Source: Thermoplasmatota archaeon
GTDB lineage: Archaea > Thermoplasmatota > SW-10-69-26 > JACQPN01 > JAJPHT01
Direction of reading: 5' to 3'
Assembly (NCBI GenBank): GCA_035540375.1
Contig: DATLGO010000048.1
Location: forward strand, 27,772 to 91,771
DNA: 64,000 nucleotides
The number at the start of each line of letters is the position of its first letter. The first letter of the stretch is position 1. The notes beneath the pieces were generated by a model. The model was not told the DNA's origin. It saw only the letters and a program-made list of their open reading frames with translations, and did no database searches. Position numbers and translations under genes: made by a program. Positions 1 to 8,678 of the stretch are shown in pieces.

Positions 1-202
1 CGACGTAATCCGCGGGCTTCCACTTCCGCCAATGCGTCAGCTCGAGCTTCATCGCGTCCGGCGTCGTGCCGACGAACGCGATCTCCGCGTCCGTCTCCGG
101 AATTTCGCGCCGGGAGAGGAGCTTGAGGCCGAAGTGCTTCGTGTAGAACGCGATCGCGCGGTCGAGATCCCGCACGTTGAGGCAGCAGTGGTCGAGCCTC
201 AC
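1..202 (-). CDS. VOC/glyoxalase-family protein (methylmalonyl-CoA epimerase/glyoxalase I-like), 3'-truncated by window edge
   Basis: The reverse complement translates as VRLDHCCLNVRDLDRAIAFYTKHFGLKLLSRREIPETDAEIAFVGTT..., a typical VOC N-terminal beta-alpha-beta-beta-beta module. A GTG start overlaps the stop of the downstream usp gene (GTGA). Confidence 0.55.
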   Translation of the reverse strand, partial: MRLDHCCLNVRDLDRAIAFYTKHFGLKLLSRREIPETDAEIAFVGTTPDAMKLELTHWRKWKPADYV

Positions 203-645
203 GGCCGGACCACCGTGACGGTGACCGGCGCGTGGCGCACGACCTTGTCTGCGACGTTCCCGATCGGGAAGTTCGCGAGCTGCTCGTACGACTTGTGCCC
301 GAGGATGATCTCGTGCGCGCCGAGCTCGCGCGCCGCCACGAGGATCATCTCCGCGGACTCGCCCGCACGGACCTCGACCGAGACCTTGATCTTCTTCTCC
401 TTGAGCGGCGCCGCCGCGGCCTCGAGCCGCTTCCGGGCATTCTCCGCGAACGACCCCGCCCCGACGACCTTCGAGAGATCGACCCCGGGAAGGAGCATCT
501 TGCTCAGGAAGCTTTCCTGGAGCGAGGACGGGACGACGGTCACGAGGACCACCTCGTCGCCCGCCACGGCCGCGCGGCGGGCGGCGTAGGCGAGGGCGGC
601 TTCCGAGGGCCCCGAACCATCGAAGGCGACAAGCAGGCGAGACAT
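199..645 (-). CDS. universal stress protein (UspA family)
   Basis: MSRLLVAFDGSGPSEAALAYAARRA...VLVTVV...HEIILGHKS...VTVTVVRP is the Usp fold with its ATP-binding-type motifs. The start is taken at the internal Met of the 199..738 ORF. Confidence 0.7.
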   Translation of the reverse strand: MSRLLVAFDGSGPSEAALAYAARRAAVAGDEVVLVTVVPSSLQESFLSKMLLPGVDLSKVVGAGSFAENARKRLEAAAAPLKEKKIKVSVEVRAGESAEMILVAARELGAHEIILGHKSYEQLANFPIGNVADKVVRHAPVTVTVVRP

Positions 646-829
646 CAGCTTCGCGCACGCTTCGCGCGACCATAAAACGACGGGTCGCCCGCGTCGAGGA
701 AAGCGTCGCCCACCTGGGATGACGGCCGCGGGTCCCAAACGCCGGGTGTCGGGACCAGGCTTCGGGTCCCGGACCGGGACCGCGCCCGTTGCGCGCTCCG
801 GGTTCGGAATCCCGCTGAAAAGATCCGAA

Positions 830-1510
830 CTACATCACGCTCTTGATCTTCGACGCCACGAACCCGGCGCCCTTGCGCAGGCTCACCTCGAAGACCGGGA
901 CCTCCTCGGCTTCGAGGAGGGAGACGAGGCCGCGGGCTTTGGGCATCCAGAGATGACGTCGGCGGACGGTCCCCGCGTCGCGCCAGCGCAGGACGGCGAG
1001 CGCGTCGGCCGCGTCGGCGAGGCGCGCGTGCGCGGCGCCGTCGAGCGTGCCCGCCGCGTGCACGAGGATTGCGAGGAAGCCGACGTCGGCCGCCTGGTCG
1101 CCGAGGGCGCGCGCGAGGGCGTCGACGCCCTTCGGGTCGCCGAGCGTCGCCGTCGTCTCGGCGACGAGCACGTCCCCCCGCCCGAGCGTCCCGGCGAGGG
1201 CGAGGAGGGCGCCCGCGCGGTCCCGCTCGGCGAGCGTCAAGGGCTTCGCCTTGAACGCCTCCTTGCGGCCTGGAAAGAGCTCGTTGCGCTCGCGCACGAG
1301 CCTCGCCTCGCTCCGGGCCGCCGAGGCGTAGACGAGCTCGCGTCCCATGTTCTCGCTCGCGGCGGCGGCGAGAACGGTCCACGCGAGTTCGGGCGCGCCC
1401 GCGCCAGGCTCGCCGTCGAGCACGACGAGGGCGCCGACGGGGAAGCCCCCGTCGAGCGCCTGGTCGAGGACGACCGAGCCTGTGCCGAGCCGCGCGGCCG
1501 CATGGGCCAT
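830..1510 (-). CDS. RecA-superfamily (KaiC/RadB-like) ATPase-domain protein with a degenerate Walker A
   Basis: LDQALDGGFPVGALVVLDGEPGAGAPELAWTVLA resembles the KaiC/RadA P-loop region but lacks the G-K-T/S residues. The large opposite-strand Arg-rich ORFs here are treated as artefacts. Confidence 0.45.
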   Translation of the reverse strand: MAHAAARLGTGSVVLDQALDGGFPVGALVVLDGEPGAGAPELAWTVLAAAASENMGRELVYASAARSEARLVRERNELFPGRKEAFKAKPLTLAERDRAGALLALAGTLGRGDVLVAETTATLGDPKGVDALARALGDQAADVGFLAILVHAAGTLDGAAHARLADAADALAVLRWRDAGTVRRRHLWMPKARGLVSLLEAEEVPVFEVSLRKGAGFVASKIKSVM

Positions 1511-1567
1511 ACGACAACGCGGCCGCCCGCGCGGAAGAAGATTCGCGATCGCGGGTCGAACCCGCGA

Positions 1568-2284
1568 TCAGATGCAGCCCATGCGCTCCGCGCCGAGGAT
1601 CTCGCCGCGCGCGCTGTCGGACCACAACGGATCGACGAAGGGGTTCGCGTGGAAGCGCACGACGCCGGAAGGGTAGCGGGCCGCGACGCCCGCGACGTGC
1701 CGCGCGGCGTCGGTCGCGAAGAGACCCTGGTCCTCCGGCACGACGAGCAGTCGACCCATCGGGAGGAGATTCACGGTCTCGAGGTAGCTCGTCCATCCGC
1801 GCGCGCGGGCGGCGGCGAGCGCCGGCGAGTCGGCCCGGGGCATGGGCTCGCGGGGCGGGAACCAGGTCGGGGCTCCGTAGAGCCAGTGCAGCACCTGCAC
1901 CTCCGCGACCTTCGTCGCGCCGTAATCGACGCCGAGCGCGACCGGCGTGCGGTCGCCAGGGGGCGCGACCCGCGCGAGCGCCGCGGCGAGGTCGCCGCGG
2001 CCGACGGGCGGGCGGGGGGCGACTTCGAAGGCGAGGTCCCCCCGGTCGTCGCGCACCGTGAAGCGGGGCTCGGCAAGGGAGAAGGCCCGGTCGAACGCCA
2101 CCCGCTTGTAGGCGCGCGCGAACGCGGTCGCGAGACGGAGCGCCGCGAGACCCGAGGGCGCCCCGAGCACCTCCGGGACGTCGCGCGGGAGGTCGCGCGC
2201 GCGGGCGGTCGCGAGCTCCGCAAGGAGCCGCTGGGCCTCCGCCGCGCCGTTCGTCATGGGCCCCGCTTCGCGCTCGTCGGTCAT
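1568..2284 (-). CDS. hypothetical protein
   Basis: 238-aa ORF with an ATG start and GC3-rich codon use consistent with the genome. A hairpin (1541-1563) lies immediately downstream. No family recognised. Confidence 0.4.
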   Translation of the reverse strand: MTDEREAGPMTNGAAEAQRLLAELATARARDLPRDVPEVLGAPSGLAALRLATAFARAYKRVAFDRAFSLAEPRFTVRDDRGDLAFEVAPRPPVGRGDLAAALARVAPPGDRTPVALGVDYGATKVAEVQVLHWLYGAPTWFPPREPMPRADSPALAAARARGWTSYLETVNLLPMGRLLVVPEDQGLFATDAARHVAGVAARYPSGVVRFHANPFVDPLWSDSARGEILGAERMGCI

Positions 2285-2358
2285 GAACCTTGCCGAGGCG
2301 CCCCGGGGGACGGAACGCTCTTAAACCGTGTCGGGTTTGCCGCCGCGAGGTTGTTCCC

Positions 2359-3255
2359 TTGACGACGAAGGTCGGCTTCGTGGGCGCGGGCAAGATCGGC
2401 TCGAACGCCGTGTACTCGACGCTCCACCGCGTGGACGTGGACGAGATCGCGATCGTGGACATCGTGGAGAACCTCGCGGTCGGCGAGGCGATGGACCTCA
2501 ACACGGCGGCCGCGGGCCTCGGCAAGCGCACGCGCGTCGTGGGCGGCACGGACTACGCGCTCCTCAAGGGCGCGAAGGTCGTCGTCGTCTCCGCGGGCCT
2601 CGCGCGCAAGCCCGGCATGACGCGCGAAGACCTCCTCGCGAAGAACGCGGGCATCGTCAAGGACATCACGGCGAAGGTCCTCGCCGTCGCGCCCGAGGCG
2701 CAGATCAACTTCGTCACGAACCCCGTCGACCCCCTCGTGTACGCCGCGTGGAAGTCGAGCGGCAAGCCCCGCTCCCAGATCTACGGCATGGGCGCGCTCC
2801 ACGACTCGATGCGCCTCTGGGACGTCCTCCGCGACTCCGTGAAGGCGCCCGTGTGGAACGACGCGTGGATCCTCGGCAACCACGGCGAGCAGATGTTCCC
2901 CGCGGCGGGCCTCGCGCGCACGGGCGGCGCGAAGGTCGACTGGGCTCAGGCCAAGGAAGCGGTCCGGGGCCGCGCGGCGAGCATCATCGAGAAGAAGGGC
3001 GCGACCTACTACGCGCCCGGGATCGCCATCTCGCAGATGGTCCAGGCCGCACTCGGCCAGGGCCCGAAGCAGTTCATCCCCGTCGTGTGCGTCCTCGACG
3101 GAGAGTACGGCCAGCAGGACGTCGCCCTCGGCGTCCCCGCGATCCTCTCCGAGCGCGGCGTCGAGAAGGTCATCGACCTCCCCCTCAAGGGCGAGGATGC
3201 CGACTGGATGGCCTCCGCGGCGAAGGCCGTGAAGGACCAGATCGGGCAGATCTAG
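2359..3255 (+). CDS. mdh: malate/L-lactate dehydrogenase (LDH/MDH family)
   Basis: KVGFVGAGKIGS (NAD-binding GxGxxG), VVVSAGLARKPGMTREDLL and ILGNHGE catalytic-His region. The probable TTG start is at 2359; the track ORF from 2290 carries an unlikely Arg-rich leader. Confidence 0.85.
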   Translation: MTTKVGFVGAGKIGSNAVYSTLHRVDVDEIAIVDIVENLAVGEAMDLNTAAAGLGKRTRVVGGTDYALLKGAKVVVVSAGLARKPGMTREDLLAKNAGIVKDITAKVLAVAPEAQINFVTNPVDPLVYAAWKSSGKPRSQIYGMGALHDSMRLWDVLRDSVKAPVWNDAWILGNHGEQMFPAAGLARTGGAKVDWAQAKEAVRGRAASIIEKKGATYYAPGIAISQMVQAALGQGPKQFIPVVCVLDGEYGQQDVALGVPAILSERGVEKVIDLPLKGEDADWMASAAKAVKDQIGQI

Positions 3256-3290
3256 CACCATTGAGTTCGGGGCCTTCAGCGGGCACTCCG

Positions 3291-3318
3291 TCGCACAGCG
3301 CTGCGGCGCTGTGCGACT
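3291..3318 (+). terminator. perfect 12-bp stem hairpin (gtcgcacagcgc-tgcg-gcgctgtgcgac) just after the mdh stop
   Basis: The inverted repeat was read directly from the sequence. It is intergenic between convergent genes. Confidence 0.45.
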
Positions 3319-3433
3319 GCGTGCCAAGGGAGGGTGCTATCCGCCCCCTCCCTTGACCCTCCCGTGGACCAGGGGGCTCGCGCCCCCTGGACCCCCGACC
3401 CAAACCCGCGTTTTCCTGACGAACGAGGCCCGG

Positions 3434-3522
3434 GTTTTGCGGCCCCCCTTCCGCCATGCTCGGGTTCTACGGCCCCCTTCCGCCATGCTCGGGTTCTGTG
3501 GCCCCCTTCTACGCCTGCTCGA
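3434..3522. repeat. three contiguous ~29-nt tandem repeats (gggttctNNggccccc(c)ttccgccatgctc), the third degenerate
   Basis: Read directly from the sequence. It lies in the convergent intergenic region between mdh and the e2b2-family gene. Confidence 0.6.
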
Positions 3523-3624
3523 GGTGCGGCCCCCTCTGAAGGACGACGGCGTGTTACATTTGCGCATCGTCGAGGGTGAGCACCTTGCTCGTCCGACGAA
3601 TCGGCTCGACGGAGGGGTCCGGGC

Positions 3625-4533
3625 TCAGAGTTCCCAGGTCTTCCGCGCGAGGTCGCCGACGGTCGCGGGCGCGGCGGGGCCGAGCTCCGTGAGCGTCTCC
3701 GCGATCCAGGCCGCGGGGGTGACGTCGAAGACGGGGTTCAGGATGCGCACGCCCGGCGCGAGTTCGCCCTCCCGCGCGACCTCCGCGCTTTCGCGCTCCT
3801 CGATCGGGACGTCGCGCCCCGCGCGCGAGGCGAGGTCGACCTTGTACGTCTCCGCGCAGACGCGGAAGGGCTTCCCGTGCGCGCGGGCCGCGAGGGCGAC
3901 CGCGCTCGTGCCGACCTTGTTCACGACGTCGCCGTTCATCGCGACGGTGTCCGCGCCCACGAACACGCCGTCGAGCGTCGGCATGAGGTGCAAGACCGCG
4001 CTGTCGACGACGTACGTCGTCGCGATGCCCGCCTCGACAAGCTCCTTCGTCGTGAGGAGCCCCTGCCGCCACGGCCGCGTCTCGGTCGCGAAGACCTCGA
4101 ACGCGAGGCCCCGCCGCGCGCCTTCGCGGAAGACCGCGAGGGCGGCCTGGCTGTTGCAGTGCGTGAGGTAGCGACCGCCCTCGCGCAGCCGGTCGGCGCC
4201 GTGCGCGCCGATTGCGGCGACGGCCTTCTCGCTGCGGTCCGAGAATTCCTTCGCGGCCACGCGGAGCGCCTGCCGGGCCGCCTCCTCGCCGCGCGGGAGC
4301 GCGCCGCGCGCGCGACGGACCACGAACGCGACGGCATTCATGAGGGACACGGCCGAGGGGCGGGTCGCCATGAGCGTCGCGGCGGCGCGCTCGAGTTCGC
4401 GCGCGAAGTTCTCGCCGCGGAAATCGGATTCCCACACGGCGAGGGCTTCGGCGGCGTAGCGGCCGATCTTCCCCGCGCCGCGCACGCGCATGCTGCGGAT
4501 GTCTTCGGCCATGGAGGCGAGCGAACGGTCCAT
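3625..4533 (-). CDS. ribose-1,5-bisphosphate isomerase (eIF-2B alpha/beta/delta-like, e2b2 family)
   Basis: MDRSLASMAEDIRSMRVRGAGKIGRYAAEAL...THCNSQAALAVF...VGADTVAMNGDVVNKVGT is the eIF2B-like isomerase family. The start is set at the internal Met; the upstream Pro/Gly-rich extension of the track ORF is a translated simple repeat. Confidence 0.8.
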   Translation of the reverse strand: MDRSLASMAEDIRSMRVRGAGKIGRYAAEALAVWESDFRGENFARELERAAATLMATRPSAVSLMNAVAFVVRRARGALPRGEEAARQALRVAAKEFSDRSEKAVAAIGAHGADRLREGGRYLTHCNSQAALAVFREGARRGLAFEVFATETRPWRQGLLTTKELVEAGIATTYVVDSAVLHLMPTLDGVFVGADTVAMNGDVVNKVGTSAVALAARAHGKPFRVCAETYKVDLASRAGRDVPIEERESAEVAREGELAPGVRILNPVFDVTPAAWIAETLTELGPAAPATVGDLARKTWEL

Positions 4534-4589
4534 GATGCGGAATCCTTCGGCGTCCGCGCCGAATAACCTTGCGGCTTCGTCCGCGCGGA

Positions 4590-4800
4590 TCGGTCCCGGA
4601 CCCGGACCCGGGCCCGACGCCCGGCGCCCGGACCCGACGCCCGAGCCCGGTCCCGACGCCCGACACCCGACGCCCGGACCCGGTCCCGAATCCCGGACCC
4701 GGTCCCGAATCCCGGCGCCCGGCTCCCGGGCCCGGTTCCCGAATCCCGGGCCCGGCCCCCGGCGCCCGGCACCTGACGCCCGGTCCCGGGACCCGATCCC
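4590..4800. repeat. about 210 bp of low-complexity cccgg(a/c)/cccgacg hexamer-like repeats
   Basis: Runs of ggacccggacccgggcccgacgcccggcgcccggacccgacgcccgagcccggtcccgacgcc... lie directly upstream of the e2b2-family start. Confidence 0.6.
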
Positions 4801-5451
4801 GGCAAGCACTTTCAGCCCACCCCCTCCCTCGAAGCTATCGCGGCGGCGCGCCTCGTCGGGGTTGGAGATGCACCCCTTGGACCTCCTCCTCTGCGAAACC
4901 GGGTCCCGTTGCTCCGACTGTCACTGGTGGACCGCGCGCGGCTGCTCGCTCTTGGCGCGCCTCGACGCGGCCACCGAACAGCTCACCGCCGCCGCGCGCC
5001 CGACCCGCGCGGCGCCCATCCCTGTCATGCCGGCGGCCACGGCCGTCGCCTGACCCGCATCCCCGACACGAACCCGGAAGGCGCGCTCCGCCCCCGTCCG
5101 TACGATGGATGGGAGGGCATCCCTAAGGCTGTGCTTCCAACCGCGCCTTCCGGGGTTCGTCGTGTCGACGCGCGGCTCGTTCGTCACACCCCCTCGAGCA
5201 GAGGCGGCGAGCCGGATATGCGTCCGACGCCGTTCGAGACGATCTTCCATCTGGGGCTTTGCAAAGCACATGGGGACGTGGACGTCGATGGAAACGAAAG
5301 AGCCATCTCTGAAATCCCATGAAACAGCGTTTACGCTCCCGCGGGGAGAGGACGAACCAGAGATCGTATGGCCGATCATCAGTCCACAGGCGTCGTTTCC
5401 ATCACGTGTCGCCGAGGAGCGGTCGCTAGAACAACCAAGGATGCCAATCCA

Positions 5452-6864
5452 TCAACGACAGTAGGGATGATCTCGATAACTTGGGAAGTCAGGTTGGGAT
5501 CTTCGTTGATTCGTGGACCAAATATCCTTAGGAACATCCAAGAATACGAATGAGCCGTCCCGGAGGTCCAGGATGACGATTCTTGCGCGAAGCGACCGGT
5601 TGTCGAGGAAAAACAGGGCGTACTCGTAATGATCCATGTAGACCTTTGGCTGCCGGCCGAAGGTCGTAATATTGGTGATCTGGGCGTCCCGCAAGTTCAT
5701 CATGATGGCGACGCGCTCTCGCGCGGCATCCAATGGGAGAATGAGGGAGTTGTCGGTGTCGCGGGGAGGCGCGCGCACCATGGGAGTCTTCGAGATAACC
5801 TTGAGCGTTTCGCGTTCACCCACGAGCGGGAGTGGGTTGTTTAGGATATCCTTCTGAACCTTGAATTCAAGGGCGGCCGTGGAGGCGGTCGACTGCAGCA
5901 AGATCGTCATGGTATAGGTCTCTCTGTCGACGTTTCCAACGACGCGGGAGCATCCCGCGTAAGCAAAGCGAGCCGATTGAATCGCCGCAGAGGGGTGCGC
6001 CCGCAGGAATCGCTCGACATCGCCGTCATGTTCGCGAGCCCATTCCAGGGCCTCCGCGATCCCGATCGGGCCCGGTTCTCCTTCGGGCAATTCTCGACCT
6101 CGCATGCGCGCCAGTTCTACTGGCGGCACCGCCCGGTGTTCATGGGCCGTGGAAATGATTCCGCCCTGCCCCCGCGCGTATTGTTGAAGCGTAAATTTGT
6201 AGGGGCCGCTTCGGATCGCGGTCGGAAATGGAACGCCATCACACAGGGTTACCGCGCCCTCTCGAATCAACCACGGAGAGATGCCGCTCGACCAGGTGGA
6301 TCCACCGCCCGTGGCCGGCGCCGAAACTTCGATCAACCGACAGCCGTGAGAACTCCCTGCAGGGGCCGGGATAGAACGATACCGAGGATCGAGGGCATTC
6401 AGAGCGGGCCCTGCGTCGCCGCGGAGGCGCCCGAAGAGGGGACCTACGCCGAGGAAGCTCGGCGTTCCCCGCATGCCGTAGTTTATGACCGTCCGCCCCG
6501 CTTCACACGTTTCCATGCTCTCTTCGTCGTATCGGCAGCCATAATCAACGGCGATGAGATTGCCTTCGCCATCGAGATATTCCGTGTGGTGAGGCGGAAA
6601 TCCGTGACCCTCAATTTCACCGTCGAACCCCACGTCGAGGCGATGCGCTTCCGCCTCCCGCCCAAACCGATCGAGGAAAGGCGACCTCGGGCCTACGGCC
6701 AACTTCAAGCTACCTTCAACAGGCCCGGTCACATTGAAAACTGCCCAGGATCCTTCCTCGAGAGCAGGCAGCGTCCACGCATCGGTCGCGGTGAAACAAC
6801 CGATGAAGGAAGGCGCGAGGACAACGATGGCCCACGCCGACCGTTGCTTCAACAGGCCCCCCAC
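5452..6864 (-). CDS. secreted hypothetical protein (N-terminal signal peptide)
   Basis: 470-aa ORF with an N-terminal hydrophobic signal (MGGLLKQRSAWAIVVLAPSFIGCFTA). It lies in a GC-poor (~50%) island and overlaps the upstream gene by 16 nt. Confidence 0.5.
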   Translation of the reverse strand: MGGLLKQRSAWAIVVLAPSFIGCFTATDAWTLPALEEGSWAVFNVTGPVEGSLKLAVGPRSPFLDRFGREAEAHRLDVGFDGEIEGHGFPPHHTEYLDGEGNLIAVDYGCRYDEESMETCEAGRTVINYGMRGTPSFLGVGPLFGRLRGDAGPALNALDPRYRSIPAPAGSSHGCRLIEVSAPATGGGSTWSSGISPWLIREGAVTLCDGVPFPTAIRSGPYKFTLQQYARGQGGIISTAHEHRAVPPVELARMRGRELPEGEPGPIGIAEALEWAREHDGDVERFLRAHPSAAIQSARFAYAGCSRVVGNVDRETYTMTILLQSTASTAALEFKVQKDILNNPLPLVGERETLKVISKTPMVRAPPRDTDNSLILPLDAARERVAIMMNLRDAQITNITTFGRQPKVYMDHYEYALFFLDNRSLRARIVILDLRDGSFVFLDVPKDIWSTNQRRSQPDFPSYRDHPYCR

Positions 6865-7382
6865 TCGGCAGGTTGGGAAACGGACTCCAGATCACCCCAC
6901 GAGGAGGCCGTTGCCTCCGCCATGGCGCACACCCATTCGATGTCCGGGGCGCCAATATACCCAACGAGAAGGCCGGCGCCGCAGGGATCTGCGCTTGCCG
7001 GCATGTTCGAACATGTGTCGGTGCGCGTCACCTCGGAAACCACGCCTCCCGTCATCTTGAACGTGGCCGTCAACACGGCACTCTCAACCGGCCCGGTCAC
7101 GGAAGCTGCGGCCTCGATTCGCCGCGACCCCCAGATGTTGATCCAGGTCTCTACGCAGATGGATAGGCCGCAGGAGGGCGGATTCGAGAAGCACTCCGTC
7201 GTCGGAACGTTCTCGGCGTTGCACCCGTAGCACGAGGGTCCCGTCTCATCCGCCGCGCAGGGTCCGCATCCGACCATGGCTTCGTTCTCGTCCACGTAGC
7301 AACTGTCGACGCCGGTCTCCGCACCTGTGGAAGGGAGATTGACCGCAAGTAGAACGAAGGCGATGAGCATCGGGGCTTTCAT
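6849..7382 (-). CDS. small Cys-rich secreted protein
   Basis: Signal peptide MKAPMLIAFVLLAVNLPSTGA, then about 16 Cys in ~165 aa (CYVDENEAMVGCGPCAADETGPSCYGCNAENVPTTECFSNPPSCGLSIC). Confidence 0.45.
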   Translation of the reverse strand: MKAPMLIAFVLLAVNLPSTGAETGVDSCYVDENEAMVGCGPCAADETGPSCYGCNAENVPTTECFSNPPSCGLSICVETWINIWGSRRIEAAASVTGPVESAVLTATFKMTGGVVSEVTRTDTCSNMPASADPCGAGLLVGYIGAPDIEWVCAMAEATASSWGDLESVSQPAEWGAC

Positions 7383-7437
7383 CACATCCGACAAGACCCC
7401 CCCCGCATCAATGTTGCGCGGGCCCGATCATGTCAGG

Positions 7438-8556
7438 TCACAATCGGAATCTTTCGAAGAACCCCTTCCGCCGCTCGGTTCCGTCGAGCTCCGCGAGCGC
7501 CTCGAGGAGCTTGCGCTGTTCGCTCGAGAGCTTCGTGGGCGTGTACACCTTCGCGTGCACGAGGAGGTCGCCGCGCGCGGGGCGGCCGAGCGTCGGGAGG
7601 CCCCTGCCGCGGATCGTGAACACCTCGCCGGCCTGCGTGCCGGCGGGAATCGCGAGCGTCTCGCGGCCGCCGCCGAGGAGCGGCACGTCGAGCGTGTCGC
7701 CGAGGGCGGCCTGGCTGAACGTGAGCGGGACGACGACGTGCAGGTTCTCGCGCTCGCGCGTGAACGTCGCGTGCTCCCTCACGCGGATCGTCGCGTAGAG
7801 GTCGCCCGAGGGCGCGCCGCGCGGGCCCGCGTCGCCTTCGCCGCGCAATCGGAGGTTCATGCCCGACTCGACGCCGGGCGGGATGCGGACCGTGAGGCGG
7901 CGGCGTTCGCGCGCGAGGCCCGCGCCCTGGCACGTCGCGCAGGGGTCGCGCACGAGCACGCCGCGGCCGCGGCAGTCGGGGCACGCGCCGACCTGCGTCA
8001 TGACGCCGAACGGCGTGCGCGCCATGCGGCGGATCTCGCCCGTCGCGTCGCACGTCGGGCAGCGGACCGCGCCGCGGCCGCCCTTCCGGGCGCCGGACCC
8101 GTCGCAGGCGGCGCAGGATTCGAGGCGGGCGACCTCCACCGTCTTCTCGGCGCCCTCGAGGACGTCCTCGAGCGTGACCTCGAGCGGAACCTGGAGGTCC
8201 GCGCCGCCCGCGGGGCCGCGGCCCGCGAAGCCGCCGCGGCCGCCGAAGAAGGCGCGGAGGATCGAGTCGAGGTCGAAGCCGAACTCGCCGAAGTCGGCGC
8301 CGCGGAAGATGTCCTCCTCCGAGTAGCGCTGGTCGAAACCCGCGTGACCGTGGCGGTCGTACACCTGGCGCTTCTCGTCGTCCGAGAGCACGGCGTACGC
8401 TTCCGAGACCTCCTTGAAGCGCTCCTCGGCGCCGGCCTCTTTGTTGCGGTCCGGGTGGAGCTTCAGCGCGAGCTGGCGGTACGCCTTCTTGATCTCGTCC
8501 TTCGAGGCGCCCTTCGCGAGGCCGAGGATCTCATAGTAGTCGCGCTTCGACGGCAT
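7438..8556 (-). CDS. dnaJ: chaperone DnaJ
   Basis: J domain (DYYEILGLAKGASKDEIKKAYRQLALKLHPDRN), a G/F region, four CxxCxGxG zinc-finger repeats and a C-terminal domain. The start is at the internal Met of the track ORF. Confidence 0.95.
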   Translation of the reverse strand: MPSKRDYYEILGLAKGASKDEIKKAYRQLALKLHPDRNKEAGAEERFKEVSEAYAVLSDDEKRQVYDRHGHAGFDQRYSEEDIFRGADFGEFGFDLDSILRAFFGGRGGFAGRGPAGGADLQVPLEVTLEDVLEGAEKTVEVARLESCAACDGSGARKGGRGAVRCPTCDATGEIRRMARTPFGVMTQVGACPDCRGRGVLVRDPCATCQGAGLARERRRLTVRIPPGVESGMNLRLRGEGDAGPRGAPSGDLYATIRVREHATFTRERENLHVVVPLTFSQAALGDTLDVPLLGGGRETLAIPAGTQAGEVFTIRGRGLPTLGRPARGDLLVHAKVYTPTKLSSEQRKLLEALAELDGTERRKGFFERFRL

Positions 8557-8678
8557 CCGCAGGTCGGGATGATGGCGAGGACGGCTTGAACCTGACGGAC
8601 GCGCGACCGTTGTTCGAGGTCCCGCATTGGAAAAAAGAGGATCCGCGGCGCGCCTCCGCGGCGCGCCGTGGAGCTGAA

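Noticed and set aside
645-2549. 634-aa Arg/Gly/Pro-rich ORF on the minus strand, and similar track ORFs: 719..2362, 3554..4666, 12251..13189, 14366..16897, 23679..25664, 36989..39250, 53998..61179, 56342..60424, 61024..63987.
   Set aside because: These are typical high-GC out-of-frame or antisense open frames. The composition is extremely Arg/Pro/Gly-rich with no recognisable domains. Each overlaps well-supported genes (mdh, R15P isomerase, pyrG, tuf, nadE, the giant surface proteins) that explain the region.
3434-3522. Possible mini-CRISPR or iterons.
   Set aside because: There are only three contiguous, degenerating copies without spacers. Retained only as a tandem repeat.
4590-4800. Possible CRISPR array (regular GC-rich repeats).
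   Set aside because: The units are only 6-12 nt and directly abutting with no unique spacers. It is a simple-sequence tract, not repeat-spacer architecture, and no cas genes are nearby.
4868-5053. 61-aa ORF MHPLDLLLCETGSRCSDCHWWTARGC... as a zinc-ribbon gene.
   Set aside because: It has four Cys but no clean CxxC...CxxC spacing and no RBS, and it lies inside a region of many overlapping junk frames. Support is insufficient.
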